The notes under the pieces are model-generated. The model saw nothing but the letters and a program-made list of their open reading frames with translations, searched no databases and had not been told where the DNA came from. This document shows, piece by piece, positions 20,661 through 31,326 of a stretch of 64,000 bases of DNA (within the stretch, counting starts at the first letter, position 1; the number at the start of each line of letters is the position of its first letter). The stretch is from positions 320,001-384,000 of the forward strand of contig CAVYKI010000010.1 of NCBI GenBank assembly GCA_963769025.1, read 5' to 3'. A program made the position numbers and the translations under genes. This DNA is from an uncultured Verrucomicrobiae bacterium (GTDB lineage Bacteria; Verrucomicrobiota; Verrucomicrobiia; Chthoniobacterales; Chthoniobacteraceae).

Positions 20661-21431
20661 ATGCGCCACATTTCCCTCCTCCTCATCGCGCTGCTGCTCG
20701 GCGCGTCCACGCTGTCCGCGCGGGCGGCGCATCTCGTCTTCATGATCGGCGAGGACGAATATCGCACGTGGGAGACGCTGCCGGAATTTGCGAAGAAGGA
20801 CCTCGAGCCGCTGGGGCATCGCATCACGATCATCCACGCGGACGCGGCGGACAAAAATCACTTCCCGGGAATCGTGGAGGCGCTGCGGGATGCGGACCTG
20901 CTCTTCGTGAGCGTGCGCCGGCGGACGCCGCATGCGGCGGAACTGGACGCGGTGAGGGCTTTCGTCGCCGCGGGCAAGCCGCTGATCGGCATCCGCACGG
21001 CGAGCCACGCATTTTCCCTGCCGCTGAAGGCGACGCTGACGGACCCGAAGCTGGCGGTCTGGCCGGAGTTCGATGCGGCGGTGATCGGCGGGCATTACAC
21101 GGGGCATCACGGCAAGGACAAGGTGGCGGTGACCTTCGCGCCGGGCGCGGAAAAGCATCCGATCCTCGCGGGCATCGCGCCGGATGCGCTGCTGGGGAAT
21201 GGCGGGCTTTACAAAAACACGCCGCTGGAAAAGGACACGGTGCCGCTGCTCATCGGGACCATCGCGGGGCAGCCGCCGGAGCCGGTGGCGTGGACGCATC
21301 TCCAGGGGGCGAAGCAGGGGCGCGTCTTTTACACGTCGCTCGGGCATGCGGATGATTTCCAGAACCCGGCGTTCCGAAGGCTGCTGCTGAACGGCATCGC
21401 GTGGGCGCTCGGCGGCCCGGCGACGCGGTAG
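20661..21431 (+). CDS. ThuA-like (trehalose utilisation / GATase-fold) secreted protein
   Basis: GIRTASHAF, PVAWT and RVFYTSLGH motifs. Confidence 0.85.
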   Translation: MRHISLLLIALLLGASTLSARAAHLVFMIGEDEYRTWETLPEFAKKDLEPLGHRITIIHADAADKNHFPGIVEALRDADLLFVSVRRRTPHAAELDAVRAFVAAGKPLIGIRTASHAFSLPLKATLTDPKLAVWPEFDAAVIGGHYTGHHGKDKVAVTFAPGAEKHPILAGIAPDALLGNGGLYKNTPLEKDTVPLLIGTIAGQPPEPVAWTHLQGAKQGRVFYTSLGHADDFQNPAFRRLLLNGIAWALGGPATR

Positions 21432-21443
21432 GAGCGGCGACGG

Positions 21444-21989
21444 TCAATCCGCGGGGAATTCGCGGCGCATCTCCACGGTGTAGCTGGAGCCTTCCGGCGC
21501 GAGGACGGACGAGAACAGCACGAAGCCGGTCACTTTCCACAGGCCGAACTCCGTCTCCGCATGGCGGCGCAGGAAGGGCTTCAGCACGGACCGCGAGAGG
21601 CCGCGCATCCGGGCGAGCGTGATGTGCGGGTGGAAGGGCTTCAGGTCCGGCTCGAGTGCCGCGCTGAGGACCGCATCCTGGATGCGCCGGTGCAGGGCGA
21701 AGAGATGCGGGTGACCGTTTCCCACGCCGCCCCAGAGCGTGTGCGGACGTTCGCCGCCGAAAACCCCGACGCCGGTGACGGGCAGGAAGAACGCGGGCAC
21801 TTCCACGGGCGCGAGCATCGCGCGCAGCCGTTCCTCGCCCGGCGCATCCACGTCGCCGAGGAAGCTCATGGTGAGATGGAGGCTGTCCTCCGCGACCCAG
21901 TGCACGCCCCGGATGTGCGGGTCGAGCCGCGCGAGTTCGCCGCGGATGGCCGCGGGCAGTTCCAGGCCGATGAAGAGACGCTTGGACAT
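21444..21989 (-). CDS. thpR: RNA 2',3'-cyclic phosphodiesterase (2H family)
   Basis: RLFIG, HLTM and PHITLAR (two HxT motifs). Confidence 0.92.
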   Translation of the reverse strand: MSKRLFIGLELPAAIRGELARLDPHIRGVHWVAEDSLHLTMSFLGDVDAPGEERLRAMLAPVEVPAFFLPVTGVGVFGGERPHTLWGGVGNGHPHLFALHRRIQDAVLSAALEPDLKPFHPHITLARMRGLSRSVLKPFLRRHAETEFGLWKVTGFVLFSSVLAPEGSSYTVEMRREFPAD

Positions 21990-22163
21990 GGGGAGAGCGG
22001 GACTTTCCCCGCACGCCCGCGAACATGCCCGGTCAGGGGCGGGGAGTAAAGTCGCGGCGGTCCTCGCGCCCGATGCGGACGTCATGTTTGCGGCAATGGA
22101 GGGCCCGAGATGGGCAATTTCGGAGGAGCGGAATCCCGAGCGCGGAGTGACACTGGCATTGCC

Positions 22164-22592
22164 ATGAAAACGAAAAACTACCTCCTACGCTCCGCGGCAA
22201 CCCTGCTCGCCGCGGTGTCACTGTCGATCGTGAGCCCCACTTTCGCGCAACCTCCGGGCGGCCCCGGCGGCCCCGGCGGCCCTGGCGGCCCTCCGCCACC
22301 GCCGGACGGACCTCCTCCGGGCCCGCGTCCGCCGCGCCCTCCGCGCCCGCCGCGTCCTCCGGTTCCGCCGTTTCCGTTCACGGCAGCGAATGCCCGCAAT
22401 GCGGATGTCCAGGCGCTGACCAAACGTGTGCAGGAAAAGCTCCGCAAGCTCGGCTACCATGCCGGGGCCGTGGATGGCTGGCTCGGCCCCGTGACGATCG
22501 CTGCGATCCGCACGTATCAGGAAAGGCAGCAGCTCACCCCCACCGGCAGCATCGACCAGCCCCTGCTGGATTCACTGAAGCTGAAACTGTAG
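22164..22592 (+). CDS. Secreted Pro/Gly-rich protein with a C-terminal peptidoglycan-binding domain
   Basis: VQEKLRKLGY..GAVDGWLGPVT..AIR.YQ....L.PTG. Confidence 0.85.
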   Translation: MKTKNYLLRSAATLLAAVSLSIVSPTFAQPPGGPGGPGGPGGPPPPPDGPPPGPRPPRPPRPPRPPVPPFPFTAANARNADVQALTKRVQEKLRKLGYHAGAVDGWLGPVTIAAIRTYQERQQLTPTGSIDQPLLDSLKLKL

Positions 22593-22700
22593 CCGCGAAG
22601 CCGCACCGCGGCCGGCTGTGATTCGCACGGCTGCGCGGGCGTCACGGCCCGCGTGTGCCGCGCGGCTTCACGCGGACCCTTGGCCGTGGCGTCGCGACGG

Positions 22701-23159
22701 CTACTTCGCGAACGCGCGCCACGCCTTTGGGATCATCACCCACGTGTCGCCGAGCTTCACAAGGCCGTCGTAGGACATGCCGAGCGTCTTGCCGGGCTCG
22801 ACGTACTTGAAGCCGTAAATCTCCACGCCTTTCTTGAAGTGGGCCGCCTGCATCGAGTAGCCGCCGGGCAGCGACTTGCCGGACGTCACGAGGACTTCCG
22901 TCTGTTCCGGCTTCCCATTGATCCCTCCAGCCGGGAGTCCGGCGTAGAGTGAATCCACGTAGGCGACGAGCGCCTTCGCGTCCTCGTCGGTCGCCGCGAT
23001 TTGGGCGATTTGCGCGGCCGTCGGCTTGAGTTTTTCTAGGGCCGCGCGATTGCCGCGCACGCTCGCGGCGATGGTCTTCACTTCGTCTTCAGCACCGGCG
23101 AAGGTCGTGGACGTGAGGGCCGCGAATGCGGCGAAGAGGGTGAGAATGAGCGTTTTCAT
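22701..23159 (-). CDS. Secreted hypothetical protein
   Basis: Signal peptide, host codon bias; GMSYDGLV...W...PKAWR. Confidence 0.75.
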   Translation of the reverse strand: MKTLILTLFAAFAALTSTTFAGAEDEVKTIAASVRGNRAALEKLKPTAAQIAQIAATDEDAKALVAYVDSLYAGLPAGGINGKPEQTEVLVTSGKSLPGGYSMQAAHFKKGVEIYGFKYVEPGKTLGMSYDGLVKLGDTWVMIPKAWRAFAK

Positions 23160-23573
23160 GGCTGTTGATGGGTTGGTTCGGCTTTCGTTCGCGGAAGCGT
23201 ACTATTCAGGCACGAGGCTGCGAGCAAATTTTCCAGATGCGGGACGCGCGAGTGGCCGGTCTGCCGGGGTAGATGGATGCGTGCCCGTCCGGCTGCACGA
23301 GAACGGGCGCTACAGGGAAATGCCCTGAAAATTGGCCGCTCAAGCGCTGGGCTTTGTCGCGAAAGCGTCCTGAAGCCAGTTGTTGCGAACACCAGAATGA
23401 GATGAGTTCCTCATCCCGGCCCACGTCGCCGTTATACGACTGAGCTCAGTCATATCCGTTCATTGGCGCCCAGTCGGATGTACGTCCAAACGCCCCCGGC
23501 TTGCTCATAAAGAGCGACATCGGTCATAAAATCATCATTGCCATTCATCGCTCCCGCCCGCCGGTCACGGTCC

Positions 23574-24891
23574 TCAGATGCACCCGCCCTTCACCCACTC
23601 CAGCGCCTCGTCGCGCGTGCGCAGCGTGCCTTCGAGCTGGCGGGTGGAGACGGCGTCGAGGATTTCCTTGAACCGCGGCCCTGGTCGCAGGCCGAGCGCT
23701 TTCAAGTCCTCGCCGGTGATGAGCGGCGGCGGGATGAGCGGCTCGGCGGCGAATTCCTCGCGCTTCGCGCGGACGAATTCGTAGTTGTCCACCATGCCGT
23801 GGCTGCTCACGCAGTCCACGCGGTGGAGTTCGAGTTCGTCGTCGAAGCCGGGTCGCGCCAGGAAGCGCTTGAGCTTTGCGACGCGCATCTCCTGCACGTC
23901 CTTGAAGACCATGTGATTCGCGACGGCGCTCACGGTGGCGTCGATCTCCGCGCGGCTGAAGCGCAGGCGCGTCATGATTTGTTCCGTCATCTCGGCGCCG
24001 AGCTTGTCGTGGCCGTTGAAACGGATGCGCCCCGTTTCATCCACGGCGAAAGTGCCCGGGCTTGCCGATGTCGTGGAAGAGCACCGCGAAGACGAGCGGC
24101 ACGCTGACCTGCTCCGGCAGCAGCGCGAGCATGGCGCGCGTGTGGACGAAGACGTCGCCCTCGGGATGAAATTGCGGCGGTTGCTCGCAGCCTTGGAGCG
24201 CGATGATCTCCGGCAGCACCTCGCGCATGAGCCCGCTCTCGACGAGCAGATCGAAGCCGTGCACGCGGCTGCGGTGGAGGAAGATTTTCACCAGCTCCTC
24301 GCGGATGCGCTCGGCGCTCACGTCGTGGATGTCGGCGGCGTGCTCCTTCACGGCGGCCCATGTCGCGGGTTCGATTTCAAAGCCGAGCACTGCGGTGAAC
24401 CGCACCGCGCGCAGCAGCCGCAGCCGGTCTTCGCGAAACCGCGCGACCGGGTCGCCAATCGCGCGCACGATGCGTGCCTCCAGATCGCGCCGGCCATTCA
24501 CGTAGTCGATGACCTCCCCCTTGATCGGGTCGAAGAACATGCCGTTGATCGTGAAGTCGCGCCGCTCGGCGTCCAGCTGCGGCGTGCTGAAGGTGACGCC
24601 CTCTGGCCGGCGGCCGTCCACATACGCGAGGTCGCTGCGGAATGTGGCGACCTGGAAATCGTGCCCGCCCTCATGCACCACGACGACGCCGAAGTGCGCG
24701 CCCACCGCGTACGTGTGCGGGAAAAGCGGCCGCACCTGCTCGGGCCGCGCATCCGTCGCGATGTCGTAGTCGTGCGGCGCGTGGCCGAGCAGCATGTCGC
24801 GCACGGAGCCGCCGGCGTAGAGCGCGGCAAAGCCGGCGTCCTTCAGTCGGCGGACGATGGAGAGGGCGATGCTTTCGAGCGTTTCAGGCAC
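23574..24891 (-). CDS. cca: CCA tRNA nucleotidyltransferase with HD domain (frameshift near 24045)
   Basis: GGSVRD, DYDIAT, RRDFTING, EDRLRLLRAVRF, ERIREE, HPEGDV..HT and HDIGKP motifs. Confidence 0.92.
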
Positions 24892-25048
24892 GCCGAGATC
24901 AGAATTCAGCGCGAGCCCGGAGTCGATTCTTCATTCCGTTTTTGACCGGACATAAACGCCCCACCCGACGCCCGTACAGAATCCGGCCCACGTTCCCGCG
25001 GTCGTGCATCCGTGCTGGGAACGTGGGCCGAAAGTCTGACAGCGGAGG

Positions 25049-25546
25049 CTAGTCTTTCAGCTCCTCCTCGAGCTTGTCGTAGTATTCGTGCTGCGCCCGG
25101 GCCTCGGCGCGCTCACGCGGGTCCTTGAGTGACTCGGCAAGTTTCTCATAATACTCCCGCAGGGCCTTGGCCTCCGCTTTGCTGATCTTCGCAGGAGTCT
25201 GCTGCTGCACGACGATCCGCGAGGCCAGCATGTTGTCGCCTTCGCGGACATAATGCACCGTCACGGGCACGCCGCGGGTGACGCGGTCCACTGCGATCGG
25301 ATTGCCGGCCGCGTCCACAAAAACGGTCTCCTTTGTGACCGTATAGCGGGCGGGTCCGGGGCCGCCGCGGCTCGTCACCACGAGCCGGCCGGCCGAGGGC
25401 ATGAACTCGGCGATGGTGGCACCTTCCGTGGTCGTGGTGGTGGTTGTTGTTTTCGTCACCGAGACTTGGGCGGTGGCAGAGGAGATCATCGCAGCGAATG
25501 CGACTGCGGAGAGGATGACGGCGAGTGGTTTCCAGGATGTTTTCAT
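25049..25546 (-). CDS. Secreted protein, single-domain paralog of 11309..11977, with a helical tail
   Basis: TKTTTTT, FVDAAGNP....V..G.PVTVHY.REGD.M.ASRIVV. Confidence 0.75.
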   Translation of the reverse strand: MKTSWKPLAVILSAVAFAAMISSATAQVSVTKTTTTTTTTEGATIAEFMPSAGRLVVTSRGGPGPARYTVTKETVFVDAAGNPIAVDRVTRGVPVTVHYVREGDNMLASRIVVQQQTPAKISKAEAKALREYYEKLAESLKDPRERAEARAQHEYYDKLEEELKD

Positions 25547-25810
25547 AGATGTTTGATGGGTTGAAGTGACTGCCTCTTGGGAATCGTCCGAACCATCCGG
25601 GCTGGTCGCCTCAATTCGCCGATCCCATTCCCCATCGCGCGCGAGGCCCCCGTTACGCCGAGCACGGGACACTCAGCTGACCAAAACGAAAGCGGCGAGC
25701 GGCACGCAAGCCGATCGCCGCCAAGGAACGAAGCGCCCCCCGGCCGGACGCCGCTATTTCATGCGCGTCAATGGGTTGATGACGACGGCATGCTGACACT
25801 TGCAGTGAAC

Positions 25811-26344
25811 CTACGGAAAGAGCAGGGCGCCTGAAGCGTCGCGGGTGACCATGCCGCCATTGGCGTCGCCGAGCAGCTTCGCCTTCTTAAAGGCATCGAT
25901 CGCCTTCGCGGAGTCGCCTCGCTTCAGGTAGAGATACGCCAGCTTTCCCCATGCATCGGTGAACCCCGGATCCAAGCCTGTCGCGTGCTCGAACGCGGCA
26001 ACCGCCTCCGCTGTCTGGCCGGCCTGCAAGGCGAAATTGCCGTGTGAATCGAAGTCCGCCGCCCCATGCGGAATGCCTCCGGCGCCGGACCGGCCCTTTG
26101 CGGAATGCGAAAGTGATGTCCGGCGTTTCACTGAGCGGGCAGGCAGACCGGAAGGCTTCGCGACCGGCACGGACATCGCCCGGGGTGCGGCCGAGGGAGC
26201 ACTGACGGCGAGCGCCGGAAGCGCGCGTTCCGGCAACGGCAGATCGACGCTCTGCAGCGGAGCGCCGCAGGCGCATCGGGCGATGGCAAACGCGGCGCCG
26301 GTGACCACAACGCGGAACCGACGAAGGAATGGGACTGGGCTCAT
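25811..26344 (-). CDS. Tetratricopeptide-repeat protein
   Basis: AVAAFEHATGLDPGFTDAWGKLAYLY...AIDAFKKA; start uncertain. Confidence 0.65.
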   Translation of the reverse strand: MSPVPFLRRFRVVVTGAAFAIARCACGAPLQSVDLPLPERALPALAVSAPSAAPRAMSVPVAKPSGLPARSVKRRTSLSHSAKGRSGAGGIPHGAADFDSHGNFALQAGQTAEAVAAFEHATGLDPGFTDAWGKLAYLYLKRGDSAKAIDAFKKAKLLGDANGGMVTRDASGALLFP

Positions 26345-26535
26345 GCCATCCTGCTTAGCATCAGGCCTGCCAACTGCGGCGCTTCCGACGCATGCGCCCG
26401 GTCCCGGCGTCGAGCCGTACGACGCGATTCCAGGTCGAAATACCGGATTCATGCGCCCCTTCCATGGTGTGAGTGAAGGTATCCGCTCGCCGGCTCTGAA
26501 AGCCCGCGAACCCTGATTCCATCAGGGGTTTGAAG

Positions 26536-26611
<76 letters not shown>

Positions 26612-26872
26612 ATTTGAAGGTGAGAACCTGCGAAATACTTTTTTCCTTCGTCGCTTCCCGACGTTGCGACCGTGTCACAACGCGGAGAAAACGCGATTTC
26701 AGAATCTTGTCTCTGCAAGCGGGCGGGCACTATGGACGCGAATTTCTGCACGGCAAGGAATTTTCAAAGTCCCGCCAGCGACGCAAGTTTCGCTCCCACG
26801 AAACCTCGCCGCACCGCAAAATGCCAATGCCCGCTGGCGGTCGCGCCCGGCACATGCGAACTCTTGGACCGA

Positions 26873-27919
26873 ATGTTTCTCCACGCCCTCGCCACCGCGG
26901 TGCCTCCCGCCACTTTCACACAGCCGGATTGCTGGGAAATCATCCGGAATTCGCCCGTGAGGGCGCAGCTCAGCCGTCGCACGCAGCTCATCATGCGCAC
27001 GGTCCTCAATGGCGACAGCGGTGTGCACACGCGGCATTTTGCGGTCCCCGACATCGGCGGCGTGTTCGCCCTCACATCCGACCAGCTCAATGCAGCCTTC
27101 CGCACCGAGGCGCCGCTCCTCGCGGGCCGCGCGCTCACCGCGGCGCTCGCGAAGGCTGGCGTGGACGCGGATGAAATCGATGCGCTTCTCGTGTGCACGT
27201 GCACCGGCTACCTGTGCCCGGGCGTGAGCAGCTACGTGGCCGAGCAACTCGGGCTGCGGACCGATGCGTATCTGCAGGATCTCGTGGGCCTCGGCTGTGG
27301 CGCCGCGATCCCGACGCTCCGCGCCGCGCAGGGTGTGCTCGCGGCGAAACCGGACGCGGTGGTCGCCTGCATCGCGGTCGAAGTCTGCTCCGCGGCCTTT
27401 TATCTCGACGAGGATCCGGGCGTCATCATCAGCGCGTGTCTTTTCAGCGACGGCGCGGCGGCGACCATCTGGCGGAGCACGCCGGGGGAAAATGGATGGC
27501 GCTGCCACGGATTCGACACGCTGCACCTGCCCGCCGATCGCGATTTTCTCCGCTTCGAGCAGCGCGATGGAAAATTGCGCAACCTCCTCCACGCTTCCGT
27601 CCCGACGCTGGCGGCAGGCGCAGTGTCGCGCCTGTTAGGCACCGCGCAGGCACACACGGGAGCGCGCCCGATCCGCCGCATCGTCGCGCATCCCGGCGGA
27701 CGGGACGTGCTGAATGCCCTGGAGGCCGCGCTGCCGGATTACCCGCTCGACGCGAGCCGGCGGGTCCTCCGCGATTGCGGGAACATGAGCAGCCCGTCGG
27801 TGCTCTTCGCGCTCGAGGAGGCGATGCGGGAGGACCGGCCCGACGCGAATGCGGACTGGTGGCTGGTGTCCTTCGGCGCGGGCTTCAGCGCGCACTCGTG
27901 CAGGTTCGGCGTGGAGTAG
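26873..27919 (+). CDS. Type III polyketide synthase (chalcone/stilbene synthase-like)
   Basis: Cys-His-Asn triad (GLGCG, HPGG, GNMSS); LFSDGAAA; FGAGF. Confidence 0.92.
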   Translation: MFLHALATAVPPATFTQPDCWEIIRNSPVRAQLSRRTQLIMRTVLNGDSGVHTRHFAVPDIGGVFALTSDQLNAAFRTEAPLLAGRALTAALAKAGVDADEIDALLVCTCTGYLCPGVSSYVAEQLGLRTDAYLQDLVGLGCGAAIPTLRAAQGVLAAKPDAVVACIAVEVCSAAFYLDEDPGVIISACLFSDGAAATIWRSTPGENGWRCHGFDTLHLPADRDFLRFEQRDGKLRNLLHASVPTLAAGAVSRLLGTAQAHTGARPIRRIVAHPGGRDVLNALEAALPDYPLDASRRVLRDCGNMSSPSVLFALEEAMREDRPDANADWWLVSFGAGFSAHSCRFGVE

Positions 27920-28028
27920 GCGGCGGACGCGGATCGGAAAAACGCCAACCCGCGCAAAGCGCATCCCGTTTTCGATTGCTGGGAGAGCGACCACACTCAC
28001 AATCAGCCCAGCCAACGCACGGACGCCC

Positions 28029-28556
28029 ATGCCGATCTACGAATTCTTCTGCCCGAACAACCGCCGCATCTATTCCTTCTTCGCGCGCAGCCTGCGCCTT
28101 GCGGACAAGGTGCCGCGCTGCCCGGACAACCCGAAGTGGAAAATGGAGAAGGTCATCAGTGGCTTTGCCATCACCGGCAAGGCGCAGGAGAAACCTGCCG
28201 GCGCACCCGGCGGCGACATTGATGACGCAAAAATGGAGGCGGCGATGGGCGAGATGGAGCGGGAATTCGGCCACGTCGCGGAGAGCGACAACCCCGACCC
28301 GCGCGCGCTGGCGAAGATGATGCGGCGCATGGGCGAGATTTCCGGGCAGAAAATGCCGGCCCAGATGAACGAGGTGATCGCCCGGCTGGAAAAGGGCGAG
28401 GATCCCGACAAGCTCGAGGCGGAGTACGGCGATGTCTTTGACGCCATGGACGACACTGAGGCCGGCGACAGTGACACGACGCGGACGAAGGCGCGGCGCG
28501 CAAAACGCATCACGCGCGATCCGAAGCTCCACGAGATGTCCGAATTCTGCGAGTGA
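28029..28556 (+). CDS. FmdB-like zinc-ribbon protein
   Basis: MPIYEFFCP...PRCP; RLEKGEDPDKLE. Confidence 0.8.
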   Translation: MPIYEFFCPNNRRIYSFFARSLRLADKVPRCPDNPKWKMEKVISGFAITGKAQEKPAGAPGGDIDDAKMEAAMGEMEREFGHVAESDNPDPRALAKMMRRMGEISGQKMPAQMNEVIARLEKGEDPDKLEAEYGDVFDAMDDTEAGDSDTTRTKARRAKRITRDPKLHEMSEFCE

Positions 28557-28593
28557 CGCGGCGTCAAACCGCGCCCACCTTTCCGCACAAACA

Positions 28594-28965
28594 ATGAAAG
28601 CCTCACCCACCAACGTCCTCGGAACTCCGCTCGAATGCTGCTGCCGCGCGCCGATGACCGGCTTTTTCCGCGACGGCTACTGCCGCACCGGCGCGGGCGA
28701 CCATGGGATGCACACGGTCTGCGTCGTCGCGACGGAGGAATTTCTCGCGTTCAGCGCCGAGCAGGGCAACGACCTCAGCACGCCCGTGGAGGCGTTTGAC
28801 TTTCCCGGCGTCAAGGACGGGGAGCGGTGGTGCCTGTGCGTCACTCGCTGGAAGGACGCGCTCGAAGCGGGCTGCGCGCCGCAGGTGATCCTGGAGGCCA
28901 CGCACATTTCCGCGCTCGAATGGGTGTCGCTCGAGGAATTGCAGGCGCACGCGGCCTCGAGGTAG
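28594..28965 (+). CDS. DUF2237 family protein
   Basis: NVLGTPL..C, TGFFRDGYC, GNDLSTP and WCLC..RW motifs. Confidence 0.9.
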   Translation: MKASPTNVLGTPLECCCRAPMTGFFRDGYCRTGAGDHGMHTVCVVATEEFLAFSAEQGNDLSTPVEAFDFPGVKDGERWCLCVTRWKDALEAGCAPQVILEATHISALEWVSLEELQAHAASR

Positions 28966-29041
28966 GTGCGCGCGGGCGCGCTTCACGCGGCACAAGGAAT
29001 TGCGGTTGAGCAACGCGGGAAGCCGCATTAAGAAATGCGGA

Positions 29042-29347
29042 ATGCCAAAGAGCAGCGAAACTTCCAGCGAACAGACATTTGAGACGGCCATCGGCCGGCT
29101 CGAAAATCTCGTGGAGGAAATGGAGGCGGAGGACCTCCCGCTCGAGCGCCTCATCGTGAACTACGAGGAGGGCATCAAGCTCGTGAAGACCTGCCAGCAG
29201 AAGCTCGCCGAGGCGGAGAAGAAGATCGAAATCATCCAGCGGCAGGCGGGCGCGGACCCGGAACTGAAGCCGTTCGATCCCGAGTCAAAGGCCGACTCCC
29301 CCACCCCTCAACGCAGGACCGGCCCTCGCGACGCGAACCTCTTTTGA
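29042..29347 (+). CDS. xseB: Exodeoxyribonuclease VII small subunit
   Basis: FETAIGRLENLVEEME...LPLE...YEEGIKL..C...L..AE. Confidence 0.93.
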   Translation: MPKSSETSSEQTFETAIGRLENLVEEMEAEDLPLERLIVNYEEGIKLVKTCQQKLAEAEKKIEIIQRQAGADPELKPFDPESKADSPTPQRRTGPRDANLF

Positions 29348-29403
29348 TCCTCACTTTTCATCGCTCTCCCCGGGCAGACCTGCGAAATTTTCCAACCATC
29401 CCG

Positions 29404-31326
29404 ATGACCACCACCAACATCCTGTCCACCATCAACTCCCCGGACGACGTCAAGGCAGTGCCCGAAAACCTGCTGCCGCAGCTCGCGCAGGAGGTGCGCG
29501 ACGAACTCATCCGCGTGATGTCCGACGACAACCCGAAATCCGTCGGCGGCCATCTCGGGCCGAACCTGGGGGTCGTCGAACTGACCATCGCGCTGCACCG
29601 CGTCTTCAGCACGCCGAAGGACAAGTTCGTCTTCGACGTTTCGCATCAGGGCTACGTGCACAAGATTTTCACCGGACGCCGCGAGCGTTTCGACACCATC
29701 CGGCAATACGAGGGGCTGAACGGCTTCCTCCTCCGCACTGAGAGCGAGCACGACTGCTACGGTGCCGGCCACGCGGGCACCGCGATCAGCGCGGCGCTCG
29801 GAATGGCGGTCGCACGCGACCTTCGCGGATCGAACGAGCATGTCGTCGCGGTCGCGGGCGACGCGGCGTTCACCTGCGGCGTGAGCTACGAGGGGCTGAA
29901 CAACGCGGCGGAGCAGACGAAGAAGTTCATCGTCATCCTGAACGACAACGAGTGGAGCATCGACCGCAACGTCGGGGCCATCGCGCGCTACTTCAATAAG
30001 ATCACCACGAGCGAAGCCTACTCCCACCTGCACGACCGCGCCGCAAAGCTCGTCGAGAAGCTCCTCGGCAAGCGCGTCAAGAACCTCGCCCGCCGCGTGG
30101 AGACCGGCGTGAAGGGCCTCATCGCGCACAGCGTGCTCTTTGAGGATCTCGGCTTCCGCTACTACGGCCCGATCGACGGCCACGACACGCAGACGCTCAT
30201 CCACACTCTCGAATTCCTGAAGACGCAGGAAGAGCCCGTGCTGCTGCACATCCTCACGCAAAAGGGCAAGGGCTACGAGCCTGCGCTCCAGCAGCCGATG
30301 AAATTCCACGGCCTCGGCCGCTACGAGCCGAAGACCGGCGCGACCAAGCCCGCGCCCACGCCGACCTACAGCGAACTGCTCGGCCAGACGCTCTCGAAAT
30401 TCGCCACGACGAACAACAAGCTGGTCGCCATCACCGGCGCGATGCCGAGCGGCACCGGGCTCATCGCTTTTGCGAAGGAACATCCCACGCGCTATTTCGA
30501 CACCGGCATCGCCGAGGAGCACGCCGCGCTCTTCGCCGCCGGCCTCGCGTGCGAGGGCTTCACGCCGTTCCTCGCGATCTACTCCACCTTCATGCAGCGC
30601 GCCTACGACATGATCGTGCATGACATTGCGCTGCAAAATCTCCCCGTCCGCATGTGCATGGATCGCGGCGGCCTCAGCGGCGACGACGGCCCGACGCACC
30701 ACGGCCTCTTCGACATCGGCTACCTCCGCCACATTCCGAACCTCATCCACATGCAGCCGAAGGATGAGGACGAATTCGTGGACATGCTCTGGACCATGGC
30801 GAACCACACCGAAGGCCCCACCGCCATCCGCTACCCGCGCGGCAGCGGCACCGGCGCGCAGCCCAAGGCGCAGCCGAAGCTCCTCGAAATCGGCAAGGCC
30901 GAAGTCGTGAAGCACGGCAGCACGCAGCCCGTCCGCGTCGCCATCCTCGGCCTCGGCGGAATGTGCCAGATGGCCGAGCAGGCTGCGGCGCAGCTCGAAG
31001 CCCAGGGCATTTCGACCGCCGTGATCAACCCGCGCTGGATCAAGCCGCTCGACACCGCGCTCATCGAATTCTTCGGCCGCAGCGTGGACGTCCTCTGCAC
31101 CATCGAGGACCACGTCCTGCACAACGGCTTCGGCTGCTCGGTCATCGAGCACCTTTCCACGCAGCGCATCACCACGCCCGTCGTCCGCATCGGCTGGCCC
31201 GACCAGTTCGTCGAGCACGGCTCACCGGACATCCTGCGGAAAAAACACGGCCTCACCGTGGAGAACACCGTCAAGACCATCCTCGCCGTGCTGCCTGCAA
31301 AGGCCGGGGCGAAGAGCGTCGCCTAA
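29404..31326 (+). CDS. dxs: 1-deoxy-D-xylulose-5-phosphate synthase
   Basis: GGHLGPNLGVVELT, DVSHQGYVHK, GDAA...LNDN, IAEEHA and DGPTHHG motifs. Confidence 0.97.
   Translation: MTTTNILSTINSPDDVKAVPENLLPQLAQEVRDELIRVMSDDNPKSVGGHLGPNLGVVELTIALHRVFSTPKDKFVFDVSHQGYVHKIFTGRRERFDTIRQYEGLNGFLLRTESEHDCYGAGHAGTAISAALGMAVARDLRGSNEHVVAVAGDAAFTCGVSYEGLNNAAEQTKKFIVILNDNEWSIDRNVGAIARYFNKITTSEAYSHLHDRAAKLVEKLLGKRVKNLARRVETGVKGLIAHSVLFEDLGFRYYGPIDGHDTQTLIHTLEFLKTQEEPVLLHILTQKGKGYEPALQQPMKFHGLGRYEPKTGATKPAPTPTYSELLGQTLSKFATTNNKLVAITGAMPSGTGLIAFAKEHPTRYFDTGIAEEHAALFAAGLACEGFTPFLAIYSTFMQRAYDMIVHDIALQNLPVRMCMDRGGLSGDDGPTHHGLFDIGYLRHIPNLIHMQPKDEDEFVDMLWTMANHTEGPTAIRYPRGSGTGAQPKAQPKLLEIGKAEVVKHGSTQPVRVAILGLGGMCQMAEQAAAQLEAQGISTAVINPRWIKPLDTALIEFFGRSVDVLCTIEDHVLHNGFGCSVIEHLSTQRITTPVVRIGWPDQFVEHGSPDILRKKHGLTVENTVKTILAVLPAKAGAKSVA

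Noticed and set aside
23160..23570. Lower-GC interval that may hold a gene remnant
   Set aside because: No continuous frame or recognisable motif
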